Of a stretch of DNA of 64,000 nucleotides, positions 36,035 to 49,729 are shown piece after piece. The position numbers and the translations under genes were made by a program. Numbering within the stretch: position 1 is the stretch's first letter; each line of letters begins with the position of its first letter. Below the pieces are notes generated by a model that saw only the letters and a program-made list of their open reading frames with translations, did not search any database and was not told the DNA's origin. Source of the stretch: Antedon mediterranea (taxonomy: Eukaryota; Animalia; Echinodermata); NCBI RefSeq assembly GCF_964355755.1, contig NC_092679.1, positions 2,944,201 to 3,008,200 of the forward strand, written 5' to 3'.

Positions 36035-39000
36035 CCAAGGTAAGGTTTTGGTCCGAATCTCTAATTGATCACCAAGAAAATAATATTATTAATTAATAAT
36101 GGGATAAACAAATAGAATACTGAATAAAAACATTGAAACTTCTAATAATAATTGTATTATTCTACTTACTAATGATGATAATTTATCGTCCAATTCTAAA
36201 ACTTGCCTTTTTTTTGTTTAATTGAGAAATTAAAGATGATTAAAAATTGTAATTTTTTCTTGCGTTACTTCAATAACTGAATCGTCATTCATTCGCTCAT
36301 GACAAATTCATGATGAAATATGCGTTAAATAATTGATTGAATGCTAATTCAGTAGCTATGATATTTTCAAATGCCACTATAGCTGCGACTTTTACAGAAA
36401 TAAATAATTTAGTTTTCCATATGATTTTTTCAGCTGGTCCCCAACCATTAAAAGGATAGAGATAATACATTATGATATATTTTGTACTATAATTATTATA
36501 TAATACTTTTTCAATTGAAATAACCCTTACATTAAATATATAACAGTTTTTAACTCTATTAATATATTGATTATTTTTAATATTATGGTACAATACTAAA
36601 AAATGATGTACTTAATTATTCTATTTATTTTTTTAAATAATTATAAATTTGGTTTCTTTTCCCTTCTAGGTTGAAGGCAAAGGCAATGGAATCAAAACAG
36701 TAATCGTGAATATGGCGGATGTAGCCAAAGCCCTTAATCGACCTCCGACATGTAAGTTAGCGAGAAAGTTGATGGTCCTATTTTAGGGTCTTTTAATTGT
36801 TTATTGGTTATCCGCACTTGGCGGATAACCCCTTGTTATTGTCAGGATCTTTTTTTTTTTTTTTTTATTTTTTTTCTTTTTTTTCTTTTTTCTTCTTTCT
36901 TTCCCAGAATTTTGTTGCGCGTGTATCTCTAAATCTTCTTAACATAACATTGTATAACTTTATCAGAAGATTGACCTCTTACTGAAGATGTCGTAATAAG
37001 GTTTTCGGTCCCGTCCGAGTTGCGCAGCGTAAGTTACGCGTGATTTTATGAATTTCAATTATTGATCATAGATTAAAAACCAAAAGTCATTTTGTATTGA
37101 AACTTGATGAAAATTTAAGTCATATTAAGCGCAAACTTTCTATGAATTAAAAATGGCAGGTTGTGCAGTAAGTTACGCGCGCACGCGCGTTTAAAATTTC
37201 AAAATGTGAAAAATCAACTTCTAATCAACTTTCTACGCGTTTCATGTCATTTTGAGCATTTCAAAAATTCCTACACGTGCGCAATTTTTTTACGCGCGCG
37301 TGCGCACGTAACGCAAAAACATCATTTTTTGGCTTGAATTTTGTTTTTCCTGTCTTTTTTTAGTAGATTTACCAACTTTCAAACAATTTTGACTAAAAAT
37401 CACGTCATACGAGCACGTAGAATTGAAAAATTTGCGCGCGTTTTTGATGAAAAAGTTAAAAAATTCGTGAAAATTATGCCTTTTTAAAAAAAGTCATAGA
37501 TTGTAAACTACGTGGTGAACTTTTTTAAAATTACATATTCTGGAAGTTGATTAGTTGTAGATTTCGAATCATGCATCGATATGGCGAAGCGGACATTGTG
37601 ACGTCATCGTTTGGCCACTCAAATATGAAATATAGGATTTTTGTCTCTTTCGTCATAGCTCGTCACATTTAATAGAGCGCATCTCCCCTTATCCGTATTC
37701 CATTGCCCTCTATTTTTTATATTGTCTAGGTCAATCAATTATCTTTCGCATGATTCACCATTTTTAACATTTTTATGACGTCATCTTGTTCAAAAGCGTC
37801 AATAACTTTGGTCCCTTATTTTCACCTATTCTGAACTGTACGTAGTACATATACAGTATATAGTACATACTGTATATACTCAAACGTGACACAAAATAGA
37901 GAGCGCACTAACATTTTTTCAATGTCATTAATCGTTTTTTTTTTGCGCGCAATATTCTAACGTATGAAGTGCACGTGCCTTTTGCGCTGCGGATAACCTA
38001 ACTCGTCCGTAGTGACGAGTTCAAATCTAGTCTTTTTTTTCTATTTTCTTCTTTCTTTCCACGAATTTTGTTGCTAGTGTATCTCTAAATCTTCTTAACA
38101 TAACATTGTATAACTTTATCAGAAGATTGATCTCTATCTGAAGATGTCGTAATAAGGTTTTCGGTCACGTCCGAGTTGCGCAGCGTACGTTACGCACGAT
38201 TTTATGAATTTCAATTATTGATCATAGAATAAAAACTAAAAGTCGTTTTGTATTGAAACTTGGTGAACATTTAAGTCATATAATGCGCAAACTTTCTATG
38301 GATTAAAAATGGCAAGTTTCACAAAAACTTACGCGCGCACGCGCGTTTAAAATTTCAAAATGCGAAAAATCAATATCTAATCAACTTTCTACGCGTTTCA
38401 TGTCATTTTGAGCATTTCAAAAATTCCCACGCGTGCGCAATTTTTTTACGCGCACGTGCGCACGTAGCGCAAAAACATCATTTTTTTGCTTGATTTTTGT
38501 TTTTCCTGTCTTTTTTAGAAAATTTACCAACTTTCAAACAATTTTGACTTAAAATCACGTCATACGAGCACGTAGAATTAAACAATTTACGCGCATTTTT
38601 GATGAAAAAGTTCAAAAATTTGTCAAAATTATGCCTTTTTTTAAACAGTCATAGATTCTAAACTACGTGGTGAACTTTTTTATAATTACATATTCTGGTA
38701 ATAGATGAGTTGCAGATATTAAATCATGCATCAATATGGCTAACCGGACATTGTGACGTCATCGTATGGCCACTCGAATATAAAATATAGGATTTTTGTC
38801 TCTTTCCTTGTAGCTTGTCACATTTAATATAGCGCATCTCCACTTATTTGTATTCCATTTCCCCCCATTTTTTTATGTTGTCTAGGTCTATCAATTATCT
38901 TTCGCACGATTCACCATTTCAAAATTGTGATGACGTCATCATGTTCAAAAGCGTCAATAACTTTGGTCACTTATTTTCACCTATTCTGCACTGTATGTAG

Positions 39001-42000
39001 TACGTATACAGTATATAGTGTATACCGTATATACTCAGACGTGACGAAAAATAGAGAGCACACTGAAATTGTTTTCAATGACTTAATCGTTTTTCTGCGC
39101 GCAATATGTATGACGTGCACGTGGCCTTTGCGCTGCGGATAACCTAACTCGTCCGTAGTGACGAGTTCAAATCTAGTTTTTTTTTTGGTTATCCGCACTT
39201 GGCGGATAACCCCTTGTTATTGTCAGGATCTTTTTTTTTTCTATGTTCTTCTTTCTTTCCCAGAATTTTGTTGCTAGTGTATCTCTAAATCTTCTCAACA
39301 TAACATTGTATAACTTTAGCAGAAGATTGACCTCTATCTGAAGATGTCGTAATAAGGTTTTCGGTCACGTCCGAGTTGCGCAGCGTAAGTTACGCGCGAT
39401 TTTATGAATTTCAATGATTGATTATATATTGAAAACTAAAAGTCATTTTTTATTGAAACTTGGTGAAAATTTAAGTCATATCAAGCGCAAACTTTCTATG
39501 GATTAAAAATGGCATGTTTCACAAAAAGTTACGCGCGCACGCGCGTTTAAAATTTCAAAATGCGAAAAATCAATTTCTAATCAACTTTCTACGCGTTTCA
39601 TGTCATTTTGAGCATTTGAAAAATTCCCACGCTTGCGCAATTTTTTTACGCGCGCGTGCGCACGAAGGGCAAAAACATCTTTTTTTTGCTTGATTTTTGT
39701 TTTTTCAGCCTTTTCTAGTACATTTATAAATCTTCAATCAATTTCGACTTAAAATCACGTCATACGAGCACGTAGAATTAAACAATTTGAGCGCATTTTT
39801 TATGAAAAAGTTCAAAAATTTTTAAAAATTAAGCCTTTTTTTAAACAGTCATAAATTCTAAAATCCGTGGTGAACTTTTTTTAAATTACATATTCTGGAA
39901 GTAGATGAGTTGTCTTTCTCGAATCATGCATTGATATGGCTAAATGGACATTGTGACGTCATCGTATGGCCACCCGAATATAAAATATAGGATTTTTTTC
40001 TCTTCCGTCATAGCTCGTCACATTTAATAGAGCGCATATCTACTTATCCGTGTTCCATTTCACTCAATTTTTTTATTTTATCTAGGTCAATCAATTATCT
40101 TTCGCATGGTTAACAATTTTTAAGATTGTTATGACGTCATCATTTGCAAAAGCGTCAATAACTTTGGTCACTTATTTTCACCTATTCTGCACTGTATGTA
40201 GTACGTATACAGTATATAGTGTATACCGTATATACTTAGACGTGACACAAAATAGAGGGCACACTAACATTTTTTCAATGGCATAATCGTTTTTCTGCAC
40301 GCAATATTCTAACTTATGTGTCATGCGCGTGGCTTTTGCGCTGCGGATAACCTAACTCGTCCGTAGTGACGAGTTCAAATCTAGTTAAGGTTAGGCTGGT
40401 TACAAAATGCAGGTTGAATGGTGCTGTACAGTATGCTATATCTAGTAGCTTGCATGCTAGGCTGCCTATAATATGTAATTGTCCTTGTGGTAACCCTGGT
40501 TAGTAACCGTAATTGTGACGGAGATCAAAGGAAAAAGACCTAGAGATAGACCAACCAAGAAATGAAGGAATAGCATACGAAATGACATTATCAAGCTAGA
40601 AGTACTGTTACTAGCAGAAGCAGGAAGGATGGCTAGAATGACCTTGTCGGAGGTCATGAAACAGATGGCCAGCCACAGTGAAATTTCCACTCATGCTGAT
40701 TAGAGCTAAAGTTAAATTATTGAATTTAAAGAAAATTTTAATTAAATGGTAACTTTTATTTTCCCAGACACTACCAAATTCTTTGGTTGCGAGTTGGGAG
40801 CTCAGACCCAGGTAGATTCAAAACATGACCGTTACATTGTGAACGGATCGCATGCAGCTGCTAAACTGCAGCTAATGCTGGATTCATTCATCAAGAAATT
40901 TGTGCTTTGTACAGAATGCGACAATCCTGAAACAAACCTGGTAAAAACATTTCTTTTTTCTCTTGTGGCCTTGTAAAAACTTGTTTCTCTTGTGGCCTGA
41001 TAGAAATTGTATATTCTTAAAAAAATTATAAATTTTTTCATATTGCCAAGGAGAATAAGTGAGTTTATTCACTGTTCTTCCTCAGTCGCAATCCTGTTTC
41101 CTAAGACAACACCTGCACTCCAGATGTTCTACAAAAAAGGCGTATAAAGACCAATTTACGAGCAGAAAGCAGCATAGCTTGTTCCGCATATAATCTGTGT
41201 TTATGGTAAATGGTCATAAGCAATAGCATAGATGCTATATTACTGTTGCCGCTCGTCTGTGTAAATTGGCCTTTAAAAGAAGAAAAACACTGTCCTTGCT
41301 TTGTAAAGTTGATATTTATAAACAATCATTTCTTTATCCTTTTGTTTTTCTTGTGGTATTATAGATCATTAAAAAAGAGCGTATTGGTAAGGTCTGTAAG
41401 GCTTGTGGTCATCGAGCTCCAGTGGACATGAGACACAAAGTGACCACCTACATGACTAAACATCCCCCTGAGGAGTCGAACACGCCAAAGAAGGATAAAG
41501 AGAAAGCTAATAAGGGCAAGAAACAATCAAATGGTGTCGCTGAGCAAGATTCTGAGATTGTAGCTCCTGAACGAGTATGTAGTTCTTTCATTTTGTAAAA
41601 ATAAAATAAAAAAATTGTAAATATACGCATCCAAGAGCGAGTAATTTTGGCAATTACAGGTTAGATAAACTATTTAATATTTTATCATGCTCATTTGAAG
41701 CTTAGGGAGTTGCAACCCTGGCTCTAGGTCAGGGTTAAACCCTGGATCTTAGGATAGGAAGGCAAGCAAATTAACCACCAAGCTACAGCTCCACTATTTA
41801 TATTGTTTTATAAGGGTTTTTAGTGATAAACATAAGCCAGAAATGGCCACATTTTCACCCTTGTTAATAAGGTATAGTGCACATTTCTTTTCATTCAATA
41901 GAACTAATATTGAACGGCACCTAATGCATTATTAACTAATCAAATTGCAATGGTACAATCGGGTGCATTATAAATTGCAATAATGAATACTTTTGTGTTT

Positions 42001-44234
42001 TAGGATGACTATAGTGATGATGATAAAGATTGGTCTGTGGATACCAGCCAAGCAGCTGTAGCTGAGAGAATGAAGGACTTGACGGACGGTGCCAAGGGGC
42101 TAACCCTCAATGATGACTTGGAGAAAACACAGGCTGAACGAATTGATATCTTCTACAAGTATGTGCAGGTATGTTATGAATTTATTATGATTTTAATACG
42201 ACTAGGGCGAGATTCTTAAAAAGTGGTTTTCACAGATAAGAAACTGTTTAAATTTGAATACTATTTTTCTAAAGCTCTGTCTACATTATCAAACTTTATT
42301 TGAAAAAAAAAATGTGATGTTCCCAAATACGGTAGTGATATGCACAAATATTGTAGTGATGATAGTGTAGACAGAGCTTTAGCCTAGGTGTGAATGGTGA
42401 AGACGGCCACATAGGTTCCTTTATCCAAAGCTCAAATTGTTAATATTGAAATTATATTTTACTACAGTACTAATAACAATTGAAATGTGAGACAAATAAT
42501 TGAGGGCGCTATTAATGGCGACAAAGGCGAATCAAGTTTAAATGATGATGACTAATAATTATGTTTTTAATTTCAGAAAATGAAAAGCGACAAAACCATT
42601 TCAGAGACTGATTCTGACAAGAAGTTGCTAGCTGAGGCTGAACGTCTTGAAGTGAAAGATAAAGCGCCGTTGGTTCTCGGAGAACTGCTTCTAGACACGG
42701 GCATTATCGAACAGTTGAAGCGATACAGGATTCACTTCCTCAGAGTACGTTATACAAAAAGAGCATTTTTTTATCCTACCATAAGTCAACAATATACATA
42801 TATTGTCGCAAATTTGATTTTAATATTGTAAATTTATTATTAATATTTCTATTTTTGTAATTCTTTATTTTATTTTGCTTGTATTGTTTGTCTAGGGTTG
42901 GAGAGACTCGCCCATTTGCGATAGTTGTCTCCTCAGTGCTCCCTTTTAATGTTTCACTGAAAGCAATAAATAATTTTTAAAAAGACCATTAGAAAATGTT
43001 TATAAATTGACCTTTTTCAGTTCACTCACGACAACCCGAAGGCTCAGAAGTATCTTCTTGGTGCGATTGAACAGTTGTGCGGTAAGGTTTACACCGCTCA
43101 GCTTATCGCTAAGGTCCCCCTGATTCTTCAAAAGCTCTATGAGCTGGATATTGTGGACGAAGAGGTGTTTGTTGCTTGGGGTAGTAAGGTAAGTTTTGTA
43201 GATTTAGAATTAATTTTTGCTATTTGTTGGTTCAGGTTGGTTGGGCTTCTACAGTGAAACTAATGTCACATTTGATATACTCTACAATAAGCAACAGAAT
43301 GTGCTGAGCTATACAATTGGTACAGATTCAAGGCACTCTTCAACCATTGTTCTGGTGGTAGAACAAGTCGTCTCAGATGAGAACTCAAAACTGGAGGTCC
43401 AGTGTACACATCAGGCTAATGTGCACTTTAAAGAACCCAGTACATCTTTTGGAAGAGTACTGGTCCATTTGATAGCAGCACTTGACACAAAGGGACCCTT
43501 AGGGGAGTAGAAAGTTGTGGTATGGTTCCTCCACACCTGTGCGCAATTCAGCCCTGTAGGCTGCAAGTCGCTGGTTTTTCCCACGTTTACATTTAAAATG
43601 TCAATACATATATATACATATGTTTTAATTACAAACACTTATTTGCAGCCAAGCAAAAAGTATGTGTCGAAGGAGGTGAGCCAGGATTTGATCAGAAGAG
43701 CTGCTCCATTCTTAAAATGGTTGGCAGAGGCTGAAGAGGAAGCAAGTGAAGGAGAGGAGGAAGAAGTCCAGGTAAGTAATTAAAATATCAGCAACTAAAC
43801 AACGCAATATATAATTATCTAAACTGTGCTTCTATCAATGGCACTTGTTAACCCTTTTATTACCGATTTTCTGAAAATAATAACGAACCCCTATTCAGAG
43901 GACGCCACTGTTAAGAGAACACTGTTGGATCCTGAAGGTGACCACCCTAAAGCTCTGCCTACACAACTTTATATGACAAAAAAAAATAATGTACCTATAT
44001 ATGTACACGATGATGTCATATCACTACTATATTTGAGCATATCACTACCATATTTGGACACATCACACTTTTTTGTCAAAGTAGTTTTACTTTGTTTGAT
44101 TTTCAATTTCTTTTCATTTGTAGGTGTCTTTCTCATCGATGAGTACTGGTTTGGAAGTCAAGACCGTCAAAGATGAATCAAAGCCTCCTTCTGCTTTTGC
44201 CGAATCTGATGAAATAAATATTGATGATATCTAA
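35968..44234 (+). CDS. EIF5: Eukaryotic translation initiation factor 5 (423 aa)
   Basis: Exons 35968-36039, 36670-36751, 40768-40940, 41365-41574, 42004-42168, 42577-42744, 43021-43188, 43649-43771, 44124-44234. [29 protein letters not shown], zinc finger CTECDNPET...CKACG, W2 domain [13 protein letters not shown]-terminal INIDDI. Confidence 0.97.
36801..40386 (+). mobile_element. Three tandem copies of a ~1.2-kb Helentron-associated (HINE/DINE-1-like) element in eIF5 intron 2
   Basis: Copies 36801-38031, 38032-39177 (5' head missing), 39181-40386. 5' palindrome ggttatccgcacttggcggataacc, T/TTC microsatellite, 3' subTIR gcggataacc, stem-loop aactcgtc-cgtagt-gacgagtt, end ctagt. Confidence 0.8.
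41635..41797 (-). mobile_element. tRNA(Gly-like)-derived SINE, family 1
   Basis: ggaaggcaagcaaattaaccaccaagctacagctccact is the reverse complement of the head of the 25709 copy. Confidence 0.7.
43325..43465 (+). mobile_element. Nin/Deu-like SINE fragment
   Basis: gttctggtggtagaac...ggtccagtgtacacatc...gtgcactttaaagaacccagtacatc matches the element at 22158-22374. Confidence 0.65.
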
Positions 44235-45591
44235 ACTAATGCTGAATATGGAAACATCACCTGAAAAAAAAGTTTCACAAGAATCTGTATTCATATATAT
44301 ATGTACAATTATTTTACTGTATTGAGGTTAATCTACTATTGTTGTAGCTTAGCCTACCACTATGGCCTACTGCAATTTCATAATGCTATCTACATTATAA
44401 CAATAACAGTAGGTGTTCCACTATGGAGCACCCTTTACTTCAGCAGCTGCAGTAGAAGCTTTTTAACACTTTTCAAACCAATTTTTAAAAATCTTAACAA
44501 TAATATAAAGAGTAAAATACTACGTTGCTGTCTGTCACAATGCATCAATCACATCTGACATATTTGATTGTGGAGTTGGTATTTATAACAATGCTAAGTT
44601 AGCACTTGACAAAAAAGTCAAGTCGTTTAACATTCAAATATACTGTATTTAAAATGCGCAAACATTTCCTAATCAACGTCAGTTGCGTAATTTCTGTTAA
44701 TAGACAAGAGTTTTATTCAATTTATTTTTTATTTAGTAGTTAAGTAGATAGTGATAATTAGGGTTAATTAGTGTCACTTTTGGTATAAAATACTATATAT
44801 ATAGACAGTTGAATAGAAATTAATGTACTGTATCTGATTAAAAGGTGAATTTCATTATGACCTTTGACCTTAAATGCGCTATACATGTTTTGTTTATATT
44901 TCCAAAAGTTACACAAAAAAAACTATTAATTAATTTGTTTAAAATGCATGTTAAATTTTATGCAAAGACAAGTTTGGTTTAAAATTGAACAATGACAATT
45001 GTTTTAAAAATACTAAATTGTTCTACAAATTCAGTTTTTCTCTAGATATAATAAATAGTGTCTGGACTATACATTGCAAACAATTTGAGCAAAAAGTTGT
45101 TATATATATATATGGTGAACCAGCCACAACCTGTTGTTTTTCTCAGTATTTCAGTATCATAGAATGGTATTGTATGTTATTAAAGTTAATGTCTGCTTTT
45201 ATTGAGTGACACTGCTTAATAAATGTTGCATAATAATTATATTGATGACTTTTTATTGTTTTTAAACTTTTTATTTTAAACAAATGAGTTACAAAAGTTT
45301 GATTTAGAACTGTAGTTGGCCAATGCTTGCAAACACGTGGCATTACACTACCGGTTGGTGATATAAATAATATTAAATACATAAACAATTTTTTAACCAA
45401 ACTTGCAACCAACCGGCAACTAGTTGACATAGCGCCCTCAAAAAAATCTATTTGAAGAGGGCGTACTTGCAGATCAGCTGGGATGACAACACTGACCTAT
45501 TAATAGAATAAAAACATAAAATACGAAGAAAGAAGAATATAATATTTCATATTAGAATTCTTTGTTAAAGTTAGCCAAGATAGGTTCTGAT

Positions 45592-48320
45592 ATGTCGGTA
45601 AGACGTGCCACGCATGCAGGGAGTTGGTATAAAAGTTCAGGTAGGCTGCAATTTTCAATTCTGTTCAATCTAGTAAGTAGGCTAGAGAAAGAAAGGCCTT
45701 CACATCTGAAAATATCGAGGGCGAATCTTTCCGAACGAAGTGTCGAGAGTGATGAAAACAAAAGAATCAAAGAAAGGAACTTAGGAGGGTTGGAACAAAT
45801 AGTAGTGGGCCTAGTATATTCATTTGCTTATTATAATATTAAATGACCTTTGTCATAAAGTGTCTTATTTACACAATGATTTACAATATTTTTTTTATTT
45901 TTTTTTTATTGTACTGTACAAAGCAGAAAGGGTATAGAAACTCTCTAGTCTAGTGTTACTGTTGGTTTTTATTGTTTATAATTTATATGTTTTGCAGGTC
46001 GTGTTTTATCAAGTGAATTGGAGGAATGGTTGAATAATGCGGATAGCAACCACTCGCCAGCAAGGGCGATTATTGCTCCGTAAGTTGGTAGTTATTTACA
46101 AGAATATCGGTCATGGTTTATTTAGACAAAATATACCCTTTGCTAACTTATAAACATTTAACTAGTTTTATTATTATTGAATTTTATATATTATTTATCA
46201 TTATCTTGTGATTTTTTTCAGCCATGCTGGCTTTACCTACTGCGGAGCATGCGGTGCGCACGCCTACAAACAAGTTGATCCTACTCATATGTAAGTTGAA
46301 TCAATGTGGTGAACTGCAACATTTTTCTACAAGATCACAGAATGTTCACATTCCAACACCTATTGAAATATCTTAATTCTCTCCTCAGAAAACGTGTTTT
46401 TATACTCGGGCCTTCGCATCGGTTTGCTTTACGCGGATGCGCGTTGACCCAAACTACTTACTATCAAACACCTCTTTACAATCTACGAGTAGACAAGGAA
46501 AGTAAGTAGTTTATTGCATCAAGCCTCGTAAAAATAGAACGTTTCATCATGAAATTATCTGTACCATTGCACTTATGAACATTTGTTATTTGTATAATAA
46601 TCCCCAGCTTTGGAGCACAACAGGGCTATTATAATTTCTTATAGATATATTAAGTCAAGCTATACACAAAATTTAATAGTCTTCATGTTAATTAATTTGT
46701 TTTAAACTTTTGGTCAATTATCCTTATATGGTTATTTTTCCAGTGAATGAAACGCTTTATGCAACGGGTGGATTTGATTGGATGAACATACAAACCGATG
46801 AAGCGGAACATAGCATTGAGATGCATTTACCTTACATTGCTAAAGTGATGGAAAGGTAACATTTTTTTATATACATATTTTCTTGAGATGTTATATCATA
46901 AATTTTTAAAATTTTACAATACTTTACCTCATTTACCATTTATGTTTTTCTTATGGTCTAAAGTGCAATATGTTTAGCGATTTAAATAAAGTCCCTACCC
47001 TGTAATATACAGTACTATAGTTCATGGTTTATGATTATATTTTTTCATTCTGTACAGTAGGCCAGACTATATTTACAAAATGTTTAATTCTGATTGTTAA
47101 ACAAAAATAATTGAGTGTGAATCATTTTTTTCTAAAAAAAGAACAATAAATAAAACTGTTAGGTCGAATTTTTTGCAAGAAATATTTCTTTTTTTACAGT
47201 AAACGCGATATGTTCACCATTGTACCTGTATTAGTTGGTTCATTGGACTGGAAGAATGAACAACGATATGGTCGACTTTTTAGCCAATATCTCGAAGACC
47301 CACAAAATTTATTTATTGTTTCCTCAGATTTTTGCCACTGGGGTAAGTAAATGTTTTAAAAATATAGATCAGAAAACTATTAAAAAAAGTCTGTATTATT
47401 TCTAAAAGTTTGATCAACCTATATAGTTCTCCTCAATTTTCGGTATTTAAAAAGTGTTTTTGTTTTGTTTTTTTAGGACATCGATTTGACTATGAGTTTT
47501 ATGATGCATCATATAAATCAATTCACAAATCTATAGAAGCCTTAGATAGAATGGTGAGTTTTTATTTTTGGTTGCCAAAACCATTTTCTTGGTTGGCCAA
47601 ACCTTTTTCTTGGTTGCCCAAACCATTTTCTTGGTTGTGCAAACTATTTTCTTGGTTGCCCAAACCTTTCAGAATTTTTAGTTGGCTACAAGCAAGAATT
47701 TCTGCAAATCCGTATACTGTATGTGTTCAGTGTGTGTTTATTACACAAACGTAATATTGTTTCCAAGATAAGATGATATTTTATTTATTTGGTAGGGTAT
47801 GGATTTAATATCATCTCTTGATGCTCATGGTTTCCATGACTACCTAAAGAAATATTCGAATACAATATGTGGTCGCCATCCAATTGCTGTGCTTCTAAAT
47901 GTAAGTAACTGATTTTTTTTATTTTCTTTGATTAAAAAAAAATACTACTTCATATGAAGAATGAAGAGGTAATACAGACTTAAATAAATAAAATGACCAC
48001 AAGGTAAAGAGAAACATGGGTCTGTGTAGCATGCCATACATATTTTATCAGTAGCGTGCCATACATAGAAAATGTACTATAATATTTTAATGGAGATTAA
48101 AACATTGATTGTAAAGTTTTCTACACAGCAACTGCAACAAACTAAATAGGCAAAAGAATTTTTTATTTTTTTATTTTAGGCTGTAGAAGATATAAAATTG
48201 AGACGAGGAGGCGAAAACGGAATGTCTTTTAAGTTCTTAAGCTATGCACAATCCAATCAATGCAAGAGTAAAGGTGATAGTTCCGTTAGCTATGCTGCTG
48301 GTGCTTTAGTCTTCAGTTGA
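45592..48320 (+). CDS. MEMO1: Protein MEMO1 (296 aa)
   Basis: Exons 45592-45640, 45998-46079, 46222-46290, 46389-46501, 46744-46855, 47200-47342, 47477-47553, 47796-47900, 48180-48320. Motifs [55 protein letters not shown]. Confidence 0.97.
47563..47670. repeat. 21-bp minisatellite in MEMO1 intron 7
   Basis: ttttcttggttgcccaaacca x about 5. Confidence 0.9.
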
Positions 48321-48842
48321 GGGCGCTCCAATATTGCAATATTAGCAGTAGGTAGATTTTACAGAAGACAGTGCTTGTTAGCATTTGGACTTCCAAAGCA
48401 AATCATGTAGGTAGATAGCTAGACACATGATTTGTTATTTGTAATTATTTAGATTGTTTTATTTGTTGTTGATAATACAAACCAACTTTGAAGTCACTGT
48501 AGCAAAAAAGAACAATAAAACAGTTTGCAGTTTAACATTAGCATTGAAGATAATAACAAAGAATTTTAATGATAAACACACCAATTATTTACCCGATTCT
48601 CAGTGCTGTATATCCACATCCAACAATATTTGCCCTGTATCATAGAAAATTTCCATAATACAGCATCACATCTATCACATGTGGTGCCTGTATCATGTAA
48701 GTTTAAAGGATAAGTTAGGGTCTATGATACTATATGAAAAGTGATCCTTTATTACACCTATGACACTGGGGAAATCAGAGATCAGGGTGATTTATGAACG
48801 AATCTAGTAGCTATAGCAAGCCAGCAATATGCATGCATGGGT

Positions 48843-49020
48843 TACTGTCTTCATCAGTAACCAAGGATGCTGTCTTAATCAGTAACCTAGGGTGCTGTCT
48901 TAATCAGTAACCTAGGATGCTGTCTTAATCAGTAACCTAGGGTGCTGTCTTAATCAGTAACCTAGGGTGCTGTCTTAATCAGTAACCTAGGGTGCTATCT
49001 TAATCAGTCACCTAGGGTGT
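48843..49020. repeat. 25-bp minisatellite downstream of MEMO1 stop
   Basis: tgctgtcttaatcagtaacctaggg x about 7. Confidence 0.92.
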
Positions 49021-49729
49021 CAGTAGTATGTACAGTGTATCCTTTGTGTAAAAAACAGTAATAGTAATTTCATTGCAATTGCTTTATTCAAGGTAAGGTA
49101 AGAGATATAATTGTTCTAATACCTTATCACATATTTGCCAAACGTAACAAGTTCTGATAGTATGAAAGCAATTTTATTTTAAACAAATCGCGAGAGAACA
49201 ACACTAGCAAGAGGTCTGTTTTTCTCTGAATTTTATGCCCAATTGAATGTGTGTAATAAATAGGGAGATCAAAATATGTTTTAGCTTTTTGGAAGAACAA
49301 TTGATGTATATGTTAGTATTAGAGGGTATTAGATTTACTTAATCTACAGATACTTTGCCTCTAAGTTAAGCTCAAAATATTAAAAGGCCTACATAGATTG
49401 TAGATGCTATAAAACTGTATAGAAATAAGAATATTTTCCAATTTCCTTGCAACCATAATCTTTGGTACTACTGTATATGTAAACCTATATTATGTGAAAG
49501 CTATATTAAACATTTTTATTATCACTCTCTTTTTAAAACGAGAAAGAAGTCGATTTGAGAATTTATAGTGTGCACTTCCACCTTTACAACATTGATTTCG
49601 AAAAATTGCCATAATATCGGTTTTTTAAATTTCAATTATTATGCACACGCACACTTTAATATACACATGCACACTTTAATATACACATATTACCATATGC
49701 CCATATTGTCTTATCATCATCTTATAGGG

